Assembly: GCA_963796965.1 (NCBI GenBank) | Contig: CAWCNS010000009.1 | Coordinates: 512,001-576,000, forward strand | Length of the DNA stretch: 64,000 bases | DNA from: Calditrichia bacterium | GTDB lineage: Bacteria > Calditrichota > Calditrichia > JAJRVZ01 | Direction of reading: 5' to 3' | In this document: in pieces, positions 45,415 to 56,033 of the stretch | How the letters are laid out: each line of letters starts with the position of its first letter | Numbering within the stretch: the first letter of the stretch is position 1 | Program-made: the position numbers and the translations under genes | Notes under the pieces: model-generated | Told to the model about the DNA's origin: nothing | Database searches by the model: none | Seen by the model: the letters and a program-made list of their open reading frames with translations, nothing else

Positions 45415-46904
45415 TCTATGATATTAAAATAGCCACCCCAAACCGTATTCTTGTAGATATTAAACAATATGAACTTGAAGAGGATAAAATCACGTTGCTT
45501 TTGGGAGAATCTGGTATTGGAAAAACATTAATATCCCGGGCAATATTCGGCCTATTATCGCCATCGGAACTTGATATTGAAATTAATCAGAAAGGATATT
45601 CTGATTATTTAAAAAGCGAAGAATGCCAAGAGAAAGGGAATAAGGGATTTTTTGTATTTCAAGAGCCATCCTCACATCTGAATCCTATGAGAAATTTGGA
45701 TAAACAAATAAACGAAGGCAGTATTATTGATAGAACTTCTAATAATGATATCCTATCCCAACTATTTCCGACTCTCTCAGATTCAGAAAGAAAAAATTTT
45801 TTATCTGTATTTCCAAAACCCTACCGCCCCAGTGGAGGGGAAAAACAACGCATTTTAATTGCCATGGCTTTCAAAAAAATCGCCTTATTGCAGCAGAAAA
45901 AACAGACAAAGCAAACATTATTTGTCTTTGATGAACCAACAGGAAATCTGGACAATCAATATCGTAATGTCTTTCTAAATATGCTGATAAAGGCGCATCA
46001 AATGATACCATTTACGGCATTATTGATTACCCATGATTATTCAATGATAAGTGAAATTACCAACCGGTATCCTGAAATGAAGCAACAGATTAATTATCGG
46101 GAGCTATCTCTCAGAAAAAATCATTTGGTTCAACAATCCTTCTCTCCGGATTCCTATCTCAAATGGCTGTCAAATATTAAAAGCTCAACAAACAAGATTT
46201 ATCACAGAGAGAAACCCGTCCTGTCACTTTCCGATCACATTCAGGTTTTCAATCGTCATTTAAGGATCACCAGTGATCCCAAAGGCCAAAATCCCGTTTC
46301 ACTAGATATACATTCCGGAGAAGCCGTCTATCTTAAGGCGGCAAGCGGGGTAGGAAAAACCACCATCGCAAAAATAATGATGGGATTACAGCCAGCCAGG
46401 AAGTTTAATCTTCTAATTGGTGATATCAAATTAGATGAGCGGACTGTTTCGGGAAAGTGGCGCAAAAAGATATGGGCAAAAAAAATGGGTATGGTTTTTC
46501 AGCATGCCGATGAAGCCCTGAATTTGAATGGAAAAGTTAAAGACATTTTCAGAGGCTTGCCGCTTAAAAAGCGAACCGATCGTAAATACCTGGTCAAACA
46601 ACTCCAGCTCGTATTTGATGACAAGCCGGACGAGGCTTTTCTCGATCGCCCCGTCGCCTATCTTAGTGGGGGGCAGAAGCAAAGACTTAACCTTATCCGC
46701 GCTCTGATTCTTGAACCCGACGTTTTGATTCTTGATGAACCCTTTAACGGACTTGATTTTTTAAGCCTTCAGCGCATCTTATCCCTCATACAGGATCATC
46801 AAAAAGCGGGAAAATCGTTTCTACTCATTTCGCATAATGAGGAAATCATCGAACGCTTAGTGACGGCAGGACGCGTATATTACCTCAATTGGAAACCTGT
46901 CTAG
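45411..46904 (+). CDS. Dual-domain ABC ATPase (fused OppD/F-like)
   Basis: GESGIGKT, PSGGEKQR, FDEPT, ITHD; AASGVGKT, LSGGQKQR, LDEPF, ISHN. Confidence 0.9.
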   Translation: MIYDIKIATPNRILVDIKQYELEEDKITLLLGESGIGKTLISRAIFGLLSPSELDIEINQKGYSDYLKSEECQEKGNKGFFVFQEPSSHLNPMRNLDKQINEGSIIDRTSNNDILSQLFPTLSDSERKNFLSVFPKPYRPSGGEKQRILIAMAFKKIALLQQKKQTKQTLFVFDEPTGNLDNQYRNVFLNMLIKAHQMIPFTALLITHDYSMISEITNRYPEMKQQINYRELSLRKNHLVQQSFSPDSYLKWLSNIKSSTNKIYHREKPVLSLSDHIQVFNRHLRITSDPKGQNPVSLDIHSGEAVYLKAASGVGKTTIAKIMMGLQPARKFNLLIGDIKLDERTVSGKWRKKIWAKKMGMVFQHADEALNLNGKVKDIFRGLPLKKRTDRKYLVKQLQLVFDDKPDEAFLDRPVAYLSGGQKQRLNLIRALILEPDVLILDEPFNGLDFLSLQRILSLIQDHQKAGKSFLLISHNEEIIERLVTAGRVYYLNWKPV

Positions 46905-46957
46905 CAGCCTCTGATTATCATATTTTACTTCTTTTTGACCATTTTGTAGCACATGTC

Positions 46958-49495
46958 TTATTCAGTATTGCAGATCTTATGTTTATCTATGAATTTACCG
47001 TTTTGTGATCTTTCAAATCGTATACAATCCTCCAAATCATCTAAATTGATCTGTAAAACTTCGTTTGTATTCAGTTGGAACGTCCAACGATCCCTCTTAT
47101 CATTTATTCCAATATTAATTTCAAGTTTCCGATCAGATGGCTTGGAAAATCCAATCGTTATATCAGAAAAATTATTATCTTTAACGGCCTCGATTACGGT
47201 GATGATTTGAACAGGTAACTTTCCCCTTCCTTTAATAATTGCTGTTGGGGTTGCGATTCTTTCACCTCCCCGATAAATCCAACCCTGTTCCGGATTCTCC
47301 TGACCCTTAATAAGGTTAACTTCAAGTGGAATTGTGGCTATTGTAGAAAGTCTTATATTTTTACCATCTTTATATTCGGTTTGAATGGCTTGTTTATCTT
47401 TATACACAACGACTTCATCCGCCGTGAAATGAAAAAGAGATTCAAAAGCATGTTCATCCTCTCCAGATAATTCATCTATGATCAGCCAATAGTCATTTTT
47501 TTTATTTACTATATAACGGGAATGGGTGACTGGAATTTTTTCTGGTCCATACCCATTTTTAAAAGTTCCGCTGGCAAAATCAAAATATTCATTGGAAAAC
47601 CATCTTCCTTTTAATGGAGAGTCAACCCGATGGGTAGATTGATCGGGGATTCGCCTTTGACCAAAGCCATCTACTATAATTGTATTATGCGCCTGGGTAC
47701 TTAGAAAATATTCCCGCCATTTATCGGGAATATATAATCCCTTCCCACCATCAGTCAGAAAATCGCGGCCGTAAGCAGAAATACCAATATGTAATTTATC
47801 TTCATGCTGGTGGCTAACCCCGGAAGGACCGGCATCGAAAAATAAATAGCGGGCCTGATCATCCCAACCACTACGCATAACCATATGTCCGCCCCAGGGA
47901 AAAATTACCGAGATCTCTTCGGGTTCCTTACCCTCTTCACCATTTGTCGCAATAAATCGCATATCTTCACGATCGAACAGGTCTGCTCCCTGTTGCATCC
48001 AGCTCCGGATGTCCAGGCGATTTGCATCATTGGTAGGTGGCACTTGCCTGGAAGGTGTGCTCACATACATCAGATATTCGAACATTTTTTCCAGTGTAGA
48101 TTGGAAATTATCCGGCACCGGTGTTCCTGTTTTACGCGCCACTTCGTAAGCCTGGTAAAAACTATGCAGACAGGCAAGATGATAACCGGTTGCTAATTCA
48201 TGCTGCATACCATCCGGATAGACCTGTTTGTCTAATTGGTCAGAAAGTCTCTGCAATCCTGTTTCAGACCAGACAGAGGCTTTCTGAAATTCCGGAAAAC
48301 CCATGCCCAAAATGGCCAAACCATTTGAGCCGATGATCACCCAGTTGTTTACAAAACGCATCCCCGAAGGAAAACGCAGAATATGCTCTCCATGACTCCA
48401 CAAAGATGCTAGCATAAGTTGGATTGCCTGTGTTTGAAAGGAGGGAGAAGATAAAAACCCAAAAAAGGTTGTTGGCCACGTTCCGGACATTCTGACTCCC
48501 GCTTCAAGATTCCGCCAGCTGGGAACCCGTGTCAAACGGAAAGGCGGCGCTGGATTTCTAACCGTCCAATCTACTACCTGGAGATTATATTCTCGGGCAT
48601 AAGCCTCGTTACCGGTTTTTGCATACCCATTGAGTAATGTCACCCAATGCCCCATGCGATTTAAACCCCAAATCCATTCATTCGCTTGTGTTGGATTATT
48701 TCGAAAATCAATCCTCTCGCCAAGATAGATGGTGCTATCATGATAGTTAAATTCATGTCTGAGAACTTTGTCCGCAGCCACATCATTAGACATGATCCTT
48801 TCTGGTATTTTTTGAACCCAGACTGGATTTACTATTCTGCGAAAATACTCTGCTACTTCATGGGCCGCCAAAAGAACTTTTTTCTCCCCATATGCTTTTT
48901 TTGATTTTTCCAGTCCAGGATAATTAAGATCAATCATACCTTCAAAAAAATGTTTTTGAAAATGCTCCTGGTTCTGAACAAACAATGCTGGACTTAAAAC
49001 TGTATGCAAGACTGTTCGATCTAATGATGCAGAAATTTTAATATCATCAAAACTGAGTAATTTCCCATTTAGATCAAACGTGCCTTCAGCCTTTGTTCCA
49101 TACATACCCCTATCCCTAAGAATTATTTCACTACCTTTATTTTTGGTAACAATTATCTGGATCTCCCGAAAAGATTCATACTCTGGTTCATTTTCCAGTT
49201 GCGCCCAACCCCATGTTTTAAGACCATGCTGCCAGGCCTGAAGGCTTTTCTTGTCCGGATTTGATATTCCCACTTTCGTAAGAATTTTATGAATTATATT
49301 CAGATCAATCTCGATCGGTTTTGGTATAGCACCAATCTCTCTCGTTAATTGTGTGGCTCTGTCTCCACTAATTATTCTTTTCCAACCCTTTTCCATCAAA
49401 ACCTCACCAGCCGATAAGATAAAGGGCAATAGTAAAAAGATTAATAGGGATAAAGGGGCTTTGTGCTTTGAATAAGATTTGTAGTTGTTCATCAT
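46958..49495 (-). CDS. Heparinase II/III-family polysaccharide lyase
   Basis: NNWVII, QVYPDGMQHELATGYH, VMRSGW, HQHEDKL, AHNTIIVDG; signal peptide. Confidence 0.88.
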   Translation of the reverse strand: MMNNYKSYSKHKAPLSLLIFLLLPFILSAGEVLMEKGWKRIISGDRATQLTREIGAIPKPIEIDLNIIHKILTKVGISNPDKKSLQAWQHGLKTWGWAQLENEPEYESFREIQIIVTKNKGSEIILRDRGMYGTKAEGTFDLNGKLLSFDDIKISASLDRTVLHTVLSPALFVQNQEHFQKHFFEGMIDLNYPGLEKSKKAYGEKKVLLAAHEVAEYFRRIVNPVWVQKIPERIMSNDVAADKVLRHEFNYHDSTIYLGERIDFRNNPTQANEWIWGLNRMGHWVTLLNGYAKTGNEAYAREYNLQVVDWTVRNPAPPFRLTRVPSWRNLEAGVRMSGTWPTTFFGFLSSPSFQTQAIQLMLASLWSHGEHILRFPSGMRFVNNWVIIGSNGLAILGMGFPEFQKASVWSETGLQRLSDQLDKQVYPDGMQHELATGYHLACLHSFYQAYEVARKTGTPVPDNFQSTLEKMFEYLMYVSTPSRQVPPTNDANRLDIRSWMQQGADLFDREDMRFIATNGEEGKEPEEISVIFPWGGHMVMRSGWDDQARYLFFDAGPSGVSHQHEDKLHIGISAYGRDFLTDGGKGLYIPDKWREYFLSTQAHNTIIVDGFGQRRIPDQSTHRVDSPLKGRWFSNEYFDFASGTFKNGYGPEKIPVTHSRYIVNKKNDYWLIIDELSGEDEHAFESLFHFTADEVVVYKDKQAIQTEYKDGKNIRLSTIATIPLEVNLIKGQENPEQGWIYRGGERIATPTAIIKGRGKLPVQIITVIEAVKDNNFSDITIGFSKPSDRKLEINIGINDKRDRWTFQLNTNEVLQINLDDLEDCIRFERSQNGKFIDKHKICNTE

Positions 49496-49739
49496 TTTCC
49501 TTTTGATCTTAATAAGGCAGGAAGATATTAATCCAGTCAATTTAAATATCTGATGCCTGATTTATATATGTGCAATAAATTGAGATATGAAATTAACAGC
49601 CTTAGAATATAAATAAAGACCGTAAAAGATAAAAATTATATAAATGTGTTTTATATCCTCCGGCGAAGACTGATAAGGCTACGTCTGACATTAATTAGCT
49701 CAGATTTTTTAGAGATACCATGAATAAAGGTGATAATAT

Positions 49740-49761
49740 TTGACAATACTATTTTTGTCAA
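49740..49761. promoter_or_regulatory. Palindromic operator-like site in a divergent intergenic region
   Basis: TTGACAA-N8-TTGTCAA. Confidence 0.45.
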
Positions 49762-49871
49762 TTTTGAAACTTCTATGTTTGAATTTAGTTGATAGATAAG
49801 TAATCAAGTGAAAATAATCCTGTCCGTACCCCTAGTTTGAGCAAGAGAATCAATTAAATTTAGAGAACTTT

Positions 49872-51083
49872 ATGTCAATTCGAGAACTTAAAATAAGTAA
49901 AGCAGCAATGTCTTGGTTTGAAAAAGGATTTACCAGTGAGAGCAATTACCTTAAAATAAATTACTATACCCATGCTCTCGAAGAATCACCTAACTATAAA
50001 GAAGCCCTGTATCATCGTGGCCTGGCATACTATGAACTTAATCGGTTTAATGAAGCCGCAGATGATTTTTCCAAAATTATAGAGATCTATCCCCAGGATT
50101 TTTTTGCTTATTATAATCGTGGTATATCATTAAAAATGTTAGAGCGGTTTAATGAAGCGGTTATCGATTTTTCCAGGGCATTGGAGATAGATCCGGAACA
50201 TCTGGATACTTTCTTGTACCGCGGCCTCTCTTATTATGGACTGGAAAAATGTGAAGATGCTATTGCTGATTTCAGCAGAATTATCAATCAAGATGACAGC
50301 TGTGTCACTGCATATATTAATCGGGGCGCCGCTTATGATTCACTCTCAGACTATAAGAAAGCCTTAAGTGATTATCAGAAAGCAATTGAATTAGATGCTA
50401 ATGCCTACCACGTTTTTCATAATCGTGGCATTACTTATTTTAATTTAGGGGAGTATGATAAAGCTATTGGTGATTTGAGTAAAGCTATTTCACTGGACCC
50501 TGAAAATGATATGAGTTATTATTATCGAGGGATTATTTACCAATTACAAAACGAACATCAAGCGGCTCTTGACGACTTATCAATTTCTGTCGAACTTAAC
50601 TCAGGAAATGTAGACGCATTTTACGCCAAAGGGACAATCAACCTGAATATTGAAAATTACATTGATGCCGTGAGTGATTTTACACAAGTAATTTTAAAGA
50701 AAAGTGAAAATGCCTCGGCGTATTGTCAGCGGGGACAATGCTATTACTTCCTCGAAAATTATCATGAGGCGTTACTGGACTTGGATGCAGCTATTGAAAT
50801 GAGTCCCGATTTCCCTGAAGCTTATTATTTCCGCGGAGCGACATTGAAACAATTAGGTCAGGAGCATAATGCGATAAATGATATAAATATGGCCATTGAA
50901 TTAGATCCTCAGTCTAAAACAAGTCCTGACGTAACAGAAATTTTGAATCAAATTTCCACACGGAAAATTGAAAAATTAAGCACGACAGAAATTACCAATA
51001 AAATTATAGATCTTGAATGTGAGGTTAAAAGGCTCAGTCGATTATATGCAGGAATTTTGAGTCGGATTGCCGGAACTTTATAG
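49872..51083 (+). CDS. Cytoplasmic TPR-repeat protein
   Basis: About 9 repeats of AYYNRG...A..DF.KAI.LDP. Confidence 0.9.
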   Translation: MSIRELKISKAAMSWFEKGFTSESNYLKINYYTHALEESPNYKEALYHRGLAYYELNRFNEAADDFSKIIEIYPQDFFAYYNRGISLKMLERFNEAVIDFSRALEIDPEHLDTFLYRGLSYYGLEKCEDAIADFSRIINQDDSCVTAYINRGAAYDSLSDYKKALSDYQKAIELDANAYHVFHNRGITYFNLGEYDKAIGDLSKAISLDPENDMSYYYRGIIYQLQNEHQAALDDLSISVELNSGNVDAFYAKGTINLNIENYIDAVSDFTQVILKKSENASAYCQRGQCYYFLENYHEALLDLDAAIEMSPDFPEAYYFRGATLKQLGQEHNAINDINMAIELDPQSKTSPDVTEILNQISTRKIEKLSTTEITNKIIDLECEVKRLSRLYAGILSRIAGTL

Positions 51084-51131
51084 ATATATAGAGTGAAACC
51101 AGATGATAAATTCCGTTGGATGAATAGCAAA

Positions 51132-51374
51132 TTACATGATATGAATATTTTTTAAGAATTTCTGCAAATTTGACTCGATAATTGACCATGATATTACCGT
51201 AGGTTTTTCAGTAATATTCAAATCCAGATACTGATCATGAAGATCATAGGTCCCCTCTAATCCCATCCAGGAGAAATGCCCCCTTTTTCCATTTGCTTCA
51301 TCTCTTACTAATGCATTAACAATTGTACTGGCCCTACCCGGATGATCAATTTTAAAATGAAATAATTTAGGCAC
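51132..51374 (-). CDS. Small hypothetical protein
   Basis: RBS GAGGGAG before GTG; 80 aa. Confidence 0.6.
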   Translation of the reverse strand: MPKLFHFKIDHPGRASTIVNALVRDEANGKRGHFSWMGLEGTYDLHDQYLDLNITEKPTVISWSIIESNLQKFLKNIHIM

Positions 51375-51639
51375 CTTGTACTCCCTCTCAGAATTTATAA
51401 AATATCTTTACTTTCATGATTTCTTACAGAATTAAATCATTTTCAAACTTCTATTTTTAAGAATCGGCCTTATTATTCCCATCTTTACATATATAAAAAA
51501 TCTTTGAGGGTGTACCTATAATTGACTTATAGCTATATTTTCGGTTCACAAGTGTCCGGTTATGATTTAGATATGTATTCCTAAACAACACGATATCAAT
51601 TGATTTTATTACATTCCAAACATGGAAACTTGATTCAAA

Positions 51640-51745
51640 GAACTCTCCCTTGCCGAAGACATCCCTTTTCGGAAAAATCCCTCTCTTACAAAACGAGGGA
51701 CTTTGAGGAGCCCTTCTCGTCATCCTGAACGGAGTCGAAGAGAGA
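51640..51745. repeat. Cluster of degenerate REP-like elements
   Basis: ATCCCTCTCTTACAAAACGAGGGAC hairpin; GTCATCCTGAACGGAGTCGAAG. Confidence 0.45.
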
Positions 51746-52021
51746 GAAGGAATTTTTAGATGAGAATTTCTATTAAAACATTGATTCTTCTTTTAAACCG
51801 GACACTGATATCGATTAATTAAAGATAATAGTGGTGGGAGAATATCATTGGTATGGTGATACCCGATTACAATCCTGCAGTAAAATCTAAAAAGGATAGT
51901 AATGCATACTATTTGTAAAAGTACAAACAAATTACTTAAGCCAACGAGTCATAATTTTTAAAAAAATACAGAAGAACTACTTCTAGATGGGGGTAGTTAA
52001 GTGAACGATAAATGAATTAAT

Positions 52022-52906
52022 TCAAGTGGTTTTAGACCTTCTTTTTTTCAGGATAATGACATTACCAGTCAGGATAAATGATACACCAATCAAGGAAGCT
52101 ATCGTCCAGGAGTAATCTTCAAAAATTGTGGAAATTATCAAAGCAATAACTGGAATCACTAATGTGACATAGGCCGATTTATCAGGTCCAATATTTCCAA
52201 GCAACGTCAGATAACAACTAAAGGCAATAATCGATCCAAATATAGTCAGATATAAGAGAGATACTATATAGGGAAACGATATATCAAAATTAAATGATTT
52301 CCCTGTAATTAATGATATCACCAACATTATTATTGCCCCATATAGCATGCCATAGGCATTGGACTCTATTACCGGTATTTTTAATTTTTGAATATATCCA
52401 GATGTAATATTGCCAAATGAGGCAAAAATGGCTGAAATTAAGGCAAGAAGAAATGCAAATGAATTGTCACTGGAAATATCAAAATGGAGAATCTCTTGAT
52501 TGAAAACGATCATGATACCAATCATACCAATAACAGCGCCAACCACCACATAGGGACGTATTTTAGCTTTTAGAAAAATAGCAGCATTAACAATATTTAG
52601 AAATATAATGCTGGAGAAAACTACCGCAACTAATCCACTGGGAAGTGTTAATTCAGCCACATATACAAGCCAATAATTAATTCCAAAAAGCAGAAATCCC
52701 AAAAGGGCCATATAGAGATGCTCTTTAAGAGAATATCTCAATTTTCTGGATGCAAGAGAACTAAAGATTAATAAAATAAAAGCAGCAATAAAAAAGCGGT
52801 AGGTGACTGAGACCATTGGATCAACAACACCTAACTGAAATTTAATGGAAATCCAGGTTGAACCCCAGATGAGGGATGATATGATGAAAAAAAGCAGATT
52901 TTTCAG
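52022..52906 (-). CDS. EamA/DMT transporter (non-ATG start inferred)
   Basis: Frame extends upstream of the ORF call: LKNLLFFIISSLIWGSTWISIKFQLGVVDPMVS; GSIIAFSCYL. Confidence 0.88.
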   Translation of the reverse strand: MKNLLFFIISSLIWGSTWISIKFQLGVVDPMVSVTYRFFIAAFILLIFSSLASRKLRYSLKEHLYMALLGFLLFGINYWLVYVAELTLPSGLVAVVFSSIIFLNIVNAAIFLKAKIRPYVVVGAVIGMIGIMIVFNQEILHFDISSDNSFAFLLALISAIFASFGNITSGYIQKLKIPVIESNAYGMLYGAIIMLVISLITGKSFNFDISFPYIVSLLYLTIFGSIIAFSCYLTLLGNIGPDKSAYVTLVIPVIALIISTIFEDYSWTIASLIGVSFILTGNVIILKKRRSKTT

Positions 52907-53033
52907 AATTAACTCTTTCCCGGAATATTAGTTACGATGTTACCAAACAGTATAAAATGGATAATTAATTTACTATTTCTTTTTAAAAGAATCATCAAAT
53001 TTCCTGTCAATCCCATCTTATGTGAGTGGTGAT

Positions 53034-53750
53034 TTAATCATACCAGTTGAGCAATTGAACTTCGATATTTTTATTTTCTCGAACTAATGAGACAAATTTG
53101 TCCATATCACTTAATCCGCCTTTACCCCTATAATGATAAGGTATAACTACTTTCGGTTTCATCTCTAGCACAGCCGAAGCCGCCTGCTCCACCGTCATGG
53201 TGTAAGGTAGATTCATGCAAACAAAAGCAAAATCAATATCTGTTAATGTCCGCATTTCTTTGATATCCTCCGTGTCACCCGAAATATAAATGCGTTGTTT
53301 ATTTGCGGTAATGACATAACCATTTCCGCGTCCCTTCGGATGGAATTTCAATCGATCCTCACTAAGATTGTACATAGGGATTGCTTCAATTTGAATATTC
53401 TCAATAATCCTAATCTCACCATTGTTTAGCACCAATCCATCCTGCAATTTATCATAAACCGCCTGTGGAGAAATAATAACGGTTGATTCTTTTTTTACCG
53501 ACGATACTGTCTCTAAACTCAGGTGGTCACCGTGGATATCTGTAATCAAAATAATGTCTGGCTTTGCCTGTCCCTTGAAAGTTTCATCCCCTCCAACCGG
53601 ATCCACATAAATAGTTTTTTCACCAACAGAGAGAATGAAGGTAGCATGGTTGATTGGAATAATATTTATATTTCCCTCATTTTCTCCAGCATATAAAAAT
53701 ACTGTCAAATTTAGAATTAAGAGCACGGATACTAATTTTTTTGACGACAT
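53034..53750 (-). CDS. Secreted MBL-fold metallo-hydrolase
   Basis: RBS GGGGA before ATG 53750; signal peptide; HAT, VDP, TDIHGDH, FHPKGRGNGY, SGDTED, PYHY. Confidence 0.88.
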   Translation of the reverse strand: MSSKKLVSVLLILNLTVFLYAGENEGNINIIPINHATFILSVGEKTIYVDPVGGDETFKGQAKPDIILITDIHGDHLSLETVSSVKKESTVIISPQAVYDKLQDGLVLNNGEIRIIENIQIEAIPMYNLSEDRLKFHPKGRGNGYVITANKQRIYISGDTEDIKEMRTLTDIDFAFVCMNLPYTMTVEQAASAVLEMKPKVVIPYHYRGKGGLSDMDKFVSLVRENKNIEVQLLNWYD

Positions 53751-53879
53751 TATAATCCCCTTTATTTTACATTTTATACCTGGTGAAGACATCATTGGAC
53801 CCTGGGTCACTTGCTCGTATTCTGACTCGAACTTTTCTGCAATAAATCTAAACAAATCCTTTGCTTCTTTTATGGTCAA
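53751..53879 (-). pseudogene. Truncated N-terminus of an unrelated small gene fused in frame ahead of the MBL gene
   Basis: Own RBS GAGGG; MTIKEAKDLF...VTQGPMMSSPGIKCK then an abrupt switch into the RBS of the MBL gene. Confidence 0.45.
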
Positions 53880-53977
53880 ATTTCCCTCTTATTTAAAACG
53901 ATACCCAAGATGTGATATTTAGATTGGCCCTTAGCAAACGGCCATTACTGTGATTCCCTAATAATATCTCATGATTT

Positions 53978-54838
53978 TTAATATTGTATCAATAACCTCA
54001 TACCAAATTGATCAGGACTTATCTCTGGTAAAAGACTCACAAGATAGATATCATTTTTTTTAAATATATTAGTTCTAAGATAAGGCAGCGCCCATTTATC
54101 AAAACCATAACTCCCCACGACAGCAATGGAGCCTGTCAGACCATCACGCCAGGAGAATCCATCTCCACCAATCCAGCCATATTCCTCCCAGGGCAAAAAT
54201 CCATCTTTAATCTCCCACAGCCATATTACTGGTAATGAATGTATAAGTGCCGATTCCTGCGATTCTGTATGATTTGATATGGCCCAATACAATCCTCCTG
54301 AAGCAGCAAAATGCACCCACCATGAATGTCGATTTCTAAACATCTCTTCAAAACCAAACGGCCCATCTTTCGCCCAGCGGAATCCCCCGGTAGATTGTCC
54401 CTCTACAATGACAATACCCATCAATATCGCAACGGTAGAACCAATTATAAACTTAGCAGCATCGTAGCGGGCCACGTAACCCAAAAAGAGATCAATTCCC
54501 TCACCAATGGCATATCCTTCCCAATAGCCCTTCCACTCCTTATTAAAATTAAACGGATCCAACTGCAAACCACTTTTTGTGTCATAGGACATAATTTGGT
54601 AGCTAAGTGCAGCTATACCGACAGATGTGAGTCGGTTCTGCCAGGTATTCATAGGAAAATCAAAGGTGGATTCTGCTAAGGCCTTACCATATCCGGCAGC
54701 AAAAATACCCATTGCTGCTCTAGCCCCAGGGGCTTGTTCGTCGGTTACATAACTCTTCAAATAATCACTCAGTTGCCCGTTAACCGGCTGCATCATGACT
54801 ATAACAATCAGAGAAATCTTTACCAGAAATTCGTTCAT
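53978..54838 (-). CDS. Hypothetical exported/membrane protein (YfiM/DUF2279-like motifs)
   Basis: HFAASG, WLWEIKDG, GFSWRDG; signal-like N-terminus. Confidence 0.6.
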   Translation of the reverse strand: MNEFLVKISLIVIVMMQPVNGQLSDYLKSYVTDEQAPGARAAMGIFAAGYGKALAESTFDFPMNTWQNRLTSVGIAALSYQIMSYDTKSGLQLDPFNFNKEWKGYWEGYAIGEGIDLFLGYVARYDAAKFIIGSTVAILMGIVIVEGQSTGGFRWAKDGPFGFEEMFRNRHSWWVHFAASGGLYWAISNHTESQESALIHSLPVIWLWEIKDGFLPWEEYGWIGGDGFSWRDGLTGSIAVVGSYGFDKWALPYLRTNIFKKNDIYLVSLLPEISPDQFGMRLLIQY

Positions 54839-55067
54839 CGTTTCATTTATGGGAGAGTGGATTTTTTTGGGCCACAGTGAACTCAGAGAAAAAATAAGTA
54901 TATATTGCATTATATAAGTAAAATTTTTTCATATTAATTCCACTTATCCTAATTGTTAACTTTTCTTAGTAAGAATACTGTAAATGACAAGAGGCCGTTG
55001 CTTACTAGGAAGGTGTGCCCACGATCTATGCGGTAAGTAAACCGTCCGTCAGTTGTGTGGAATGTTT

Positions 55068-56033
55068 TTATTCTAATGTATGGGGCAATTCCCTTAGGTG
55101 TGCAGTAGTTTCATATTTTGATGTAAAATCTTTAAATGCCCTTTCAACTGCCTCTTCCGATAAATTCAATACTTTCGCCGTCTCGAATACGGGTACTTTG
55201 TTTTCCCAGGCGTAAAGCAAATGATCCAGTTTGTCAAATGCAATTCTGAAGAAGAATTCCTGATCGCTAACCGGAAGACTGAATGTATCCGGACTCGGTT
55301 GCCGGTTAACAATCTCAGGGATTACATTGAGATGATCAGATAATTGATAGATTTGATTTTTATAAAGATAGGATAGTGGTTCAATATCCGTTCCCCCGTC
55401 ACCATATTTGCAAAAATCGCCTAATATAAATTCTGTCCGGTTAGTCGTGCCAGCCACCAAAAGACTCCTTTTCTCGCCTTCAGCATAGAGGTGTAACATA
55501 CGTGATCGTATTTTTATGTTGGCAAACGATGTAATGGTCCGAAACTCTTCCGGCCGCAAGCGTTTTTTCCTGATCTCACCATCAGGCATTTTTACCTGAA
55601 GATTATAAAAACTAAATGAAGCCCTCTCCAAAAGATCTGTGGGTAGTGTAATATTATATTTATAACCTGGTTGATATTCAGGGAGCAAGTTTTGTATAAA
55701 ACTATCGCGCCAATTGTATAGAACCACACTGTTAACTGTATCAGACACATCAATCTGACGAAATTCAATTCCCAGAGATTGAGCGTGTTTAGTTGCATAT
55801 TCGCTACTGACAGGGTTGGATTCTTTTTCAGGGAGTATTAATCCAACCACTTTGTCTTTACCTAATGCGTGGACAGCGACAGCTGCAATACAGGCAGAAT
55901 CAATTCCGCCGCTCAATCCAACAACAATTCCCTTTTTACGGAAGACAGTATTTACTTCATTAACGATAAATTTTGATAGTTTTTCCAATTCCTGAGCAGG
56001 ATCAATTTTTAGTACATCCAGATTAAAACTCAC
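55068..56033 (-). CDS. nadE: NH3-dependent NAD+ synthetase (NadE family, long-insert subtype)
   Basis: RBS AGGAGG + GTG; GLSGGIDS, NIKIRSRM, GTTNRTE, KYGDGGTDIEPL, PSPD. Confidence 0.88.
   Translation of the reverse strand: MSFNLDVLKIDPAQELEKLSKFIVNEVNTVFRKKGIVVGLSGGIDSACIAAVAVHALGKDKVVGLILPEKESNPVSSEYATKHAQSLGIEFRQIDVSDTVNSVVLYNWRDSFIQNLLPEYQPGYKYNITLPTDLLERASFSFYNLQVKMPDGEIRKKRLRPEEFRTITSFANIKIRSRMLHLYAEGEKRSLLVAGTTNRTEFILGDFCKYGDGGTDIEPLSYLYKNQIYQLSDHLNVIPEIVNRQPSPDTFSLPVSDQEFFFRIAFDKLDHLLYAWENKVPVFETAKVLNLSEEAVERAFKDFTSKYETTAHLRELPHTLE

Noticed and set aside
51457..51723. 88-aa ORF
   Set aside because: Begins within degenerate REP-like repeats and has no RBS or recognisable motif; likely spurious
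54960..55065. Integron attC-like site between nadE and the downstream gene
   Set aside because: Only a CACACAAC/GTTGTGTG-like end is visible; no convincing paired R/L boxes and no integrase
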